Below, in pieces: positions 57,915 to 64,000 of a stretch of 64,000 nucleotides of DNA. The stretch covers positions 130,417 to 194,416 of the forward strand of contig DASYYY010000022.1 in assembly GCA_035933635.1 (NCBI GenBank). Reading direction: 5' to 3'. The stretch's first letter is position 1; every line of letters starts with the position of its first letter. The stretch is from Thermoplasmata archaeon (lineage in GTDB: Archaea > Thermoplasmatota > Thermoplasmata > Lutacidiplasmatales > UBA184). The notes beneath the pieces were generated by a model that worked only from the letters and a program-made list of their open reading frames with translations, had not been told where the DNA came from and searched no databases. Position numbers and translations under genes: made by a program.

Positions 57915-58910
57915 TTATGTGGTCACGATCGAGCTGAGGCTCAGCCCGTTGCCGAGGGTCTGGGTGTTGACGGCCACCTTCGCGGTGGCGGCGCCGTAGC
58001 CGGAGACGTCGGCGTAGGCGAACCCGTAGAAGTCCACCACGATCGCGTACTTGTGGGCGCGGTTGAACGTGCCGTTGAAGTACATCGTCCAGAGCTTCGA
58101 GGCGCTGCCCGAGAAGCTCGGCGCCGTCGAGAAGGTGTAGTTCTGGCTGAAGACACCATGGGTGCGGGTGTAGGCCGTCCCGTTCCAGGTGACGTAGCTG
58201 TAGAACTCCCAACCTGAGTCGTTCTCACGGTAGGCGTTGCTCGAGTTCAGCTGCACGAAGCAGTAGCTGGACGGGCAGCTGTTGGAGTAGGTCTGACCGC
58301 CCGCGGTCAGGTCCTGGATGTAGGCGGACTCGAGGTCGATGAAGAACTCGGCCTCGGCGTAGCAGATCGCCTCCTTTCCCGTGTAGTTGTCCCAGTACGC
58401 GTACGAGGGGCTCGTGTAACTGTACTCCTGCACGAACGACTTCGGCGCCGGGCAGGGCTTGGTGACCAGGTAGCTGCCCGACGTGTTCCACGCGAGCTTC
58501 CAGTTCGTCGCGACGCTGTGGCTGCCCGTCGGCAGGATGGTGGTGATCGCCATCTCGAGCGAGGGGTCGAGGTAGCCTTCGTTGTAGGACCCGATCTGGT
58601 CGACGCCCGGCCCGCAGGCCTTCGCCGAGGCGGTACCGACGCCCATGCCGCCGGTTCCCGTCTTCAGGTTGAAGTTGGGAGTCTTGACGTAGCCGGCATG
58701 GCCGCAGCCGGAGATCCCGGTGTACGCCCCGGGCTGGACCGCGCCATGGTAGGGCGCCTTGACGGTGACCGAGGGTGGCGCGACCGCGGCCGCCCCGCTC
58801 AAGGTCATGCTCAGGACGACCAGGATCGCCCCCAACGAGCCCACCAACCCCGCGCGGGCGAGCATCTGCTTTCGTTCCCAATGGCGGCTTACCTTCGCTC
58901 TCTCTTCCAT
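57915..58910 (-). CDS. Secreted hypothetical protein (paralog B)
   Basis: Shared APY.GA, GTASA..CG, LPTGSH, AYWDNY.G, NGTFNRAH.YA. Confidence 0.82.
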   Translation of the reverse strand: MEERAKVSRHWERKQMLARAGLVGSLGAILVVLSMTLSGAAAVAPPSVTVKAPYHGAVQPGAYTGISGCGHAGYVKTPNFNLKTGTGGMGVGTASAKACGPGVDQIGSYNEGYLDPSLEMAITTILPTGSHSVATNWKLAWNTSGSYLVTKPCPAPKSFVQEYSYTSPSYAYWDNYTGKEAICYAEAEFFIDLESAYIQDLTAGGQTYSNSCPSSYCFVQLNSSNAYRENDSGWEFYSYVTWNGTAYTRTHGVFSQNYTFSTAPSFSGSASKLWTMYFNGTFNRAHKYAIVVDFYGFAYADVSGYGAATAKVAVNTQTLGNGLSLSSIVTT

Positions 58911-59283
58911 GTGTTTGAGCTCCCCCCGTCGGGGATCGTGCGGCGGACCCCCGACGGGTCCAAGCACGGGCGCGTGCGATTGCTCCTAGTTAAACCTCCA
59001 TGAATGACGCTGACAACAAGCTCCGTCCCTGTCGAGCCTCACGCTCGCCCATCGTCGACCCGCCCGGCCGCCGGGACCCACGAGCCGGGCTTCGATACTC
59101 GAGTCCCGGCGGCGCTCCGCCGCTCTGTTCGGCTGAGGTCGTGGGGCGTACGGGCGATGGCCGTCCTCACGACTCGTCAGGGCGTTCCGTCACGAGGCTC
59201 GCACGACCTCTTGAACGATGGACCGGTGGGAACTCGGTACGAGGGGACCGGGAGGGAATCGTCCCGCGAGCTGCCCAAGGCGG

Positions 59284-59745
59284 CTACCGATTCGGAGTGT
59301 GTCGGCGATGACCCCGCTGCCAGATCCCGACCGCGGTGCCGCTGGGATCCTCGACGACCGCGACCAACAGCTCGCCGACGGGAAACGGCTCCCGCCGGAT
59401 CGTCCCGTGGGCCGCCACGGCGCGCGCAAGCGCCGCGTCGAGGCTACCGACGAAGACATAGGGCAGAACTCCGGCTCCGCCGGCGATCGGTCGGTTGTTC
59501 ACAAAATGGCCGATCACGTGTCCGGTGCCATCTTCGAAGGCCCAAGCGCCCGGCCGTTCGCCGATGGTCCAGCCGAAGACCTCGTGGTAGAACTGGGCGG
59601 ATCCGTGGGGATCGCTGCTCGGGATGTCGAGGTACGAGAGGCCCCCGCGTCGAAACACCTTGGACGGGCCGCTCCGAGCGGGTCGACGAGCGACCGGCCC
59701 GGCCGACTTCGGAGCGGTTCGCCCGCCCGAACGTCGAGCCGCCAT
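59284..59745 (-). CDS. VOC/glyoxalase family protein
   Basis: YLDIPSSD....QFY..VFGW, YVFVGSLD, EDPSG..VGIWQ. Confidence 0.88.
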   Translation of the reverse strand: MAARRSGGRTAPKSAGPVARRPARSGPSKVFRRGGLSYLDIPSSDPHGSAQFYHEVFGWTIGERPGAWAFEDGTGHVIGHFVNNRPIAGGAGVLPYVFVGSLDAALARAVAAHGTIRREPFPVGELLVAVVEDPSGTAVGIWQRGHRRHTPNR

Positions 59746-59830
59746 CCTACGGGCGACGGCCCGCCGAGTATTCGGCCGTTACTGCAACTCGCTGGCGATC
59801 CGACCGGGACGCGGTCGCACCGGGAGTAAA

Positions 59831-59902
59831 TGGACTGGTCGGGATTTGAACCCGAGGCCTCCGGTTTGCAAAACCGGCGATCTTCCGCTGATCTACCAGC
59901 CC
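59831..59902 (-). tRNA. tRNA-Ala(TGC)
   Basis: GGGCTGG/CCAGTCC acceptor with G3:U70, CCGGT-TTTGCAA-ACCGG anticodon arm, GGTTCAAATCC T arm; no encoded CCA. Confidence 0.96.
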
Positions 59903-59926
59903 TGGAGTGGACCCGGGTGGCCCCGT

Positions 59927-60682
59927 TCATATCGGTTCCGACCGACGGACCTCCTTCCGACCGGGGGAGCTGCGCCTGGCGACGGACGCCCACGTCTCGT
60001 CCAGCCGGGGGACGGTCGCGTACCGGGCCAGCTCTTCCGGGCGGATCCACGTCGACTCCGTATGCTCCCAGTCGAGCGTCACCGACGGGTCGCCGACGGT
60101 GAACCGGAAGGGGTGCACCCGGTAGACCCGGTCGCCATCGCGCGCGTAGAGTACGGCGCCCCGCTGCGCCAGACGGACCTGGTCGGCGGCGATGGAGGTC
60201 TCCTCCCGGATCTCAGTGAGCGCCTGGTCGAGCGGGTCGTCGCTCTCCAGGAAACCCGAGACCGCGGCCCATCGACCACGGAAGCTCCCGACCTTCTCCG
60301 ACCGGCGCAACAGGAGGATGCGTCCGTCCGTGCGCTCTAAGAAGCTCGTGACGACCCGGACCTCCCAGACACGGGGGAGCTCGAGCTCCCCGCGGTCGGC
60401 GTCGACCCGGACCTCGTCCCCGTCGTGGAGAAGCCCCTCCGGCACCCCGCCCACAACCGGGCCAGGACGTTCGGGATACTCGACTGCCGGAGCCTGAAGC
60501 AAGATGACCCCCCGCGCCGGCAGCTCGATCGCCTCGCTCTCGCGAGCGCGACCGGAGGGTGCGCAGAGCACCTCCTCCGACGCCTCGGGGGAGAGGCGTG
60601 CGGGCAGATCGACGGATTCCTCGGACCAACGGAGGCGGCCGGCGGCGAAGCCGATCTGTACCTTCGTCACGGGTAGGCGCAT
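59927..60682 (-). CDS. NUDIX hydrolase with a degenerate N-terminal swivel (DUF126-like) domain
   Basis: VVTSFL, LLLRRS.KVGSF.GRW..VSG, TEIREET, LDWEH; N-terminal part ends LLHDGDEVRVDADRGELEL. Confidence 0.85.
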   Translation of the reverse strand: MRLPVTKVQIGFAAGRLRWSEESVDLPARLSPEASEEVLCAPSGRARESEAIELPARGVILLQAPAVEYPERPGPVVGGVPEGLLHDGDEVRVDADRGELELPRVWEVRVVTSFLERTDGRILLLRRSEKVGSFRGRWAAVSGFLESDDPLDQALTEIREETSIAADQVRLAQRGAVLYARDGDRVYRVHPFRFTVGDPSVTLDWEHTESTWIRPEELARYATVPRLDETWASVARRSSPGRKEVRRSEPI

Positions 60683-60760
60683 CGTTCCCCGCACGCGTGG
60701 CGCGGGAATAGCGGAAACGGGCGAGGACAACCGCTTCAACGGCTCGCGGGTGGGGCGGGC

Positions 60761-61741
60761 GTGCGGCTCAGCGCGTTCACGATCGTCGATGCCCACCCCG
60801 AGTCGGAGCGGCACCGAGACCGGTTCGCCGAGGTTCTCGAACTCGCCGAGGTCTGTGATACCGCCGGGCTATCGACCCTATGGGTCGCCGAGCACCATTT
60901 CCACCCCGGAGGGGTATGCCCGTCACCCCCCGTCCTGCTGGCGGCGGCGGGGGCGCGGACGCGCCGGCTGCGGCTGGGCGTCCTCGTCAGCGTCCTGCCG
61001 TTCCATTCCCCGATCGAGCTCGCCGAGCAGTACGCCCTCCTCGATCGGCTCGTCGGTGGACGGCTCGAGGTCGGCGTCGGCAGCGGCTACATCCCGCTGG
61101 AGTTCGAAGGGTTCGGGATCGCCCCCGAATCCAAGCGGGAGCTGTTCGACCGGAATCTCGAGCGGCTGCTCGCCGGGCTGCGCGGCGAGCCGATCGCGCA
61201 CGGCTCCTCGGGCGAGATACGGCTCAACGTGCGCCCCGTGCAGGTGCCGCACCCGCCGATCCGCGTGGCGGTCCAACGGCGGGAAGCGCTACCCCATCTC
61301 GCCCGCCGTTCGCTCTCGATCGCCCTGATCCCCTACGCCACGGTGCCCGATCTCGCGGCCTTGGCCGAGGAGATCGGCGAGTACCGAGCGGCGTTGCCGC
61401 CGGGTGTGACGGCGGAGGTCTCCGTCGCGCTCCACCTCTACGCCGGAGCGGCGGTCGCCGAGGCGCGCGCCGCGCTCCAGCGGTACCTGGACGCGCGGCT
61501 CGCCACGCAGAGCACGAACTACCAGGCCCGGGTCCACGCCGACCCCCACGTCGCGACGGCGGCGGGGGTGGAGGCCACGGGGTTCGCGCTCCTGGGATCG
61601 GCCGCGACGGTCCGCGAGCGTCTGAGGGAGTTCGAGCGGGCCGGGGTCGACGAGGTGCTGGGGATCTTCGACTTCGGTGCGCTGGCCGCCGGGCTCGTCC
61701 ACCGATCGGTCGCGGCGCTCGCGGCGGAGTGGGGCGCCTGA
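60761..61741 (+). CDS. Luciferase-like monooxygenase (LLM class flavin-dependent oxidoreductase)
   Basis: WVAEHHF, LLAAAGARTRRLRLG, AEQYALLD, GRLEVGVGSG. Confidence 0.93.
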   Translation: MRLSAFTIVDAHPESERHRDRFAEVLELAEVCDTAGLSTLWVAEHHFHPGGVCPSPPVLLAAAGARTRRLRLGVLVSVLPFHSPIELAEQYALLDRLVGGRLEVGVGSGYIPLEFEGFGIAPESKRELFDRNLERLLAGLRGEPIAHGSSGEIRLNVRPVQVPHPPIRVAVQRREALPHLARRSLSIALIPYATVPDLAALAEEIGEYRAALPPGVTAEVSVALHLYAGAAVAEARAALQRYLDARLATQSTNYQARVHADPHVATAAGVEATGFALLGSAATVRERLREFERAGVDEVLGIFDFGALAAGLVHRSVAALAAEWGA

Positions 61742-61766
61742 CGGCGCGGCGCCCCGATCGGGTTCC

Positions 61767-64000
61767 CTAGTGGCTGGGCGGGGTCGGCAGCGGTGGGCTG
61801 CCCGAGCTCGCCTCCCCGCTCGACGGAGAGCTCGGCGCGGAGCCTCCGCCCGAGGAGGGCGAGCTGGGTGAGGACGACGAGGTGCCGGTCGCCTCCACCG
61901 GGGACATCATGACCGTGCGCCGCCCGCCCCGCATCTTCAGGAGCAGGACGATGGCGACGACGATGATGAGCACCAGGAGGATGACCCAGCCGACGGTCAC
62001 GCCCGTGCCCGTCCCGAGCTCGTAGCCGAGCGCGGGCGGGGAGGACTCGACCGGGATCGACACGCTGCTGTAGCTGTAGCAGCCGCTCTCGCATCCGACG
62101 ACCGTCGCCTCGACGTAGACCAGCTGGGCCCCGTTCGAGTCCGACGAGGGGATCGTGAAGCTCAACGTGCCGCTCGTGGAGGTCGTCTCGACCTCCGACT
62201 TGCCCTGGTAGCCGAGGGTGGTGTCGGCGTAGGCGTCGACGATGAACGCCTTGCCCAAGACCGCGTTGCCGTGGGCGGAGATCGTGAAGGCGATCTGGAC
62301 GGTCTCGCCGGGCTGGTAGCTGCCGTCGTCGTAGTGCGAGGCGGTCTGCAGCGACGAACTGATCGAGATGCCGCTGATCTCCTCGAGCTCGACCTCCGAG
62401 GAGGTGATCACGCCGGCCGTCGAGGTCTGGGCCGCGACGGTGACGTAGAGGTAGCTCGGGGTGCCGACCTTGGGGATCGTGACCGAGAAGCTCGTGCCGC
62501 TGACCACGCCGGAGAACAGCGAGCCGCCGGTGCTGGCGGTGACGCTGCCGTAGAGCGTCGCGCCCGAGAAGACCTGCCCCTCGGTGGTGACGGAGATGGT
62601 GATCGAGTCACCGGGGTTGTAGCCGTACTCGCTCGCGGAGAGCAGGATGTACGGGGCGGTGACGACGGCGTAGGCCGTGCCCACCTGCGAGTTCGTCGCG
62701 TTGTGGGCGTAGACGTAGACGTCGAGGCCGCCGACGTAGCTCGCCGGGATCGGCCAGGTGAACGAGGCCGACGTGGCCGTCGTGTTGAGCGTCCCGACCC
62801 CGAGGATGGCGCCGGTGTTGTCGTTGTAGATGATGTAGCTGTCCACCTGCCAACCGGTCGCGGCGGCGGCGGTGGTGCCCCCGATCGTCCAGGTGGCGGT
62901 CAGGGTGTCGCCGCCGTAGTAGTTGGACGAGTCGAGCTTGACCGAGACCACGGCGATCCCCTGGCTCGCCGGCAGGACGTTGAAGTCACCGGTGAAGTTC
63001 GCCGAGTTGTGGACGTCGGCCGGGTCGGTGACGTTGATCACGATGGTGTTGGCCTTGGTCGTGGAGAAGACCGTGGAGTTGGCGATGAACAGGATGGCGA
63101 TGCCCCCGGTGGAGTTCGTCGTGCCCGTCAGCGGGGGGTTGCCCGGGACGGCGGGGACGATCGACCCGGCCGCCTCGAAGGTGAACCGGACGTTGAGCCC
63201 GGCCGCCGGGGCGGTCGTCGGGTAGGCCTGGCCGTTGGTGATCCCCTCGATGAGCTGCAGGTAGGCGATCTGCCCGGACTGGAAGGTCGATGTCGACCCG
63301 CAGGTCAGGCAGGCGGCGAGGCTGAGCGTCTGGGTGTAGAGCGTGCCTTCCTCGAGGTAGTAGTAGGTGTAGACCGACCACGTTCCACCGGCGCTGGTCT
63401 GATTGACCCAGAGCTGGAGCAGGACCTCGCGGACGGCCGGCACGCCGACGCCGAGCACATCGGTCGGCATCGTGAACTTGATCGAGCCCGCCCAGGTCGC
63501 CGGGAAGCTCGTCGAGGAGGTCGAGAAGACCGAGACGACCTTGCTCGCGGTGTTGGTGTAGGTCGCCGACGCCTCGACCGACTGGATCGAGGAGAACGGC
63601 GCGCCGTTGACCCGGGCCCGGACCAGGTAGGATACGTTGGCCGGGTGGCCGGGCAGGTAGACGTAGGCATCGGGGTTGAGGTAGGCGTCGTAGGTGTCGA
63701 CGCGGAACAGGAAGCTGTAGTTGCCCGCGGTCGAGCCGCGGATCGTCAGGTTCCACCAGCCGCCGTGGACGAGCGCGAAGGGGATCTCGTAGGAGCCGTT
63801 CCACTGGTAGCTGTAGTTGGTGTAGCCGCTGGAGGCGGAGAACGAGACGTTCCAGGTCATGGCGGGGTTCGCGACCCCGTCACGGCTGGAGTTGGGATCG
63901 ACCAGGGTCACTTGGGCGTACTTGTCGGTCGGGTCGTAGGCGTAGAAGAAGATGCGGCCGTTGGACAGGCCGGGGCCGAAGTCGGCGTCGTAGCCACCGT
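61767..64000 (-). CDS. Large membrane-anchored S/T-rich surface (S-layer-like) protein, 5'-truncated by the window edge
   Basis: Frame open to 64000; repeated Y.PG(D/E)T Ig-like modules; C-terminal TM, basic residues and S/P tail. Confidence 0.85.
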   Translation of the reverse strand, partial: GGYDADFGPGLSNGRIFFYAYDPTDKYAQVTLVDPNSSRDGVANPAMTWNVSFSASSGYTNYSYQWNGSYEIPFALVHGGWWNLTIRGSTAGNYSFLFRVDTYDAYLNPDAYVYLPGHPANVSYLVRARVNGAPFSSIQSVEASATYTNTASKVVSVFSTSSTSFPATWAGSIKFTMPTDVLGVGVPAVREVLLQLWVNQTSAGGTWSVYTYYYLEEGTLYTQTLSLAACLTCGSTSTFQSGQIAYLQLIEGITNGQAYPTTAPAAGLNVRFTFEAAGSIVPAVPGNPPLTGTTNSTGGIAILFIANSTVFSTTKANTIVINVTDPADVHNSANFTGDFNVLPASQGIAVVSVKLDSSNYYGGDTLTATWTIGGTTAAAATGWQVDSYIIYNDNTGAILGVGTLNTTATSASFTWPIPASYVGGLDVYVYAHNATNSQVGTAYAVVTAPYILLSASEYGYNPGDSITISVTTEGQVFSGATLYGSVTASTGGSLFSGVVSGTSFSVTIPKVGTPSYLYVTVAAQTSTAGVITSSEVELEEISGISISSSLQTASHYDDGSYQPGETVQIAFTISAHGNAVLGKAFIVDAYADTTLGYQGKSEVETTSTSGTLSFTIPSSDSNGAQLVYVEATVVGCESGCYSYSSVSIPVESSPPALGYELGTGTGVTVGWVILLVLIIVVAIVLLLKMRGGRRTVMMSPVEATGTSSSSPSSPSSGGGSAPSSPSSGEASSGSPPLPTPPSH

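Noticed and set aside
59000..59283. Possible ncRNA or small ORF between paralog B and the VOC gene
   Set aside because: Only short GC hairpins and low-complexity ORFs; nothing supportable.
1..64000. Many long overlapping ORFs in the track (e.g. 34191-37799 -, 31297-33126 -, 16786-18621 -, 45344-47530 +)
   Set aside because: R/G/P/A-rich shadow frames of real genes, expected at about 70% GC; no motifs.
1..64000. CRISPR array, cas genes, transposases, integrases
   Set aside because: No regularly spaced nucleotide repeats or matching protein motifs seen; the repeats are protein-level only.

Overview
High-GC (about 70% by eye) archaeal chromosomal segment, most consistent with Thermoplasmata. 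Supporting signs are the archaeal-type GlyRS, Trm1, Lhr, aIF1/SUI1 and TrmB, an intron-containing tRNA-Trp, a class III signal-peptide pilin, thermopsin-type surface repeats and TATA promoters. The first 23.5 kb is tightly packed housekeeping: glyS, nucleoside salvage, moeA/moaA, purQ, trm1, lhr, larE, uvrB and a cobalamin/iron-type ABC importer. From tRNA-Trp (23.4 kb) to the window end, the sequence is rich in secreted and surface proteins: a pilin, two giant Asp-box proteins, a Kelch protein, an Ig-like protein, a tandem pair of unknown secreted paralogs and an S-layer-like protein. No CRISPR array, integrase or transposase was found. The best candidate for an undescribed system is at 44.5-46.4 kb. 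There, a lipoyl-carrier (GcvH/LbpA-like) domain has Arg in place of its lipoyl-lysine and is fused to a TusA sulfur-carrier domain, next to a tandem rhodanese and a tiny Cys/His protein. Other notable items are a structured RNA upstream of aIF1, a box C/D guide inside the tRNA-Trp intron with non-canonical boxes, probable CTG-initiated genes, and a degenerate DUF126-NUDIX fusion. All calls come from motif recognition by eye; no database search was run.
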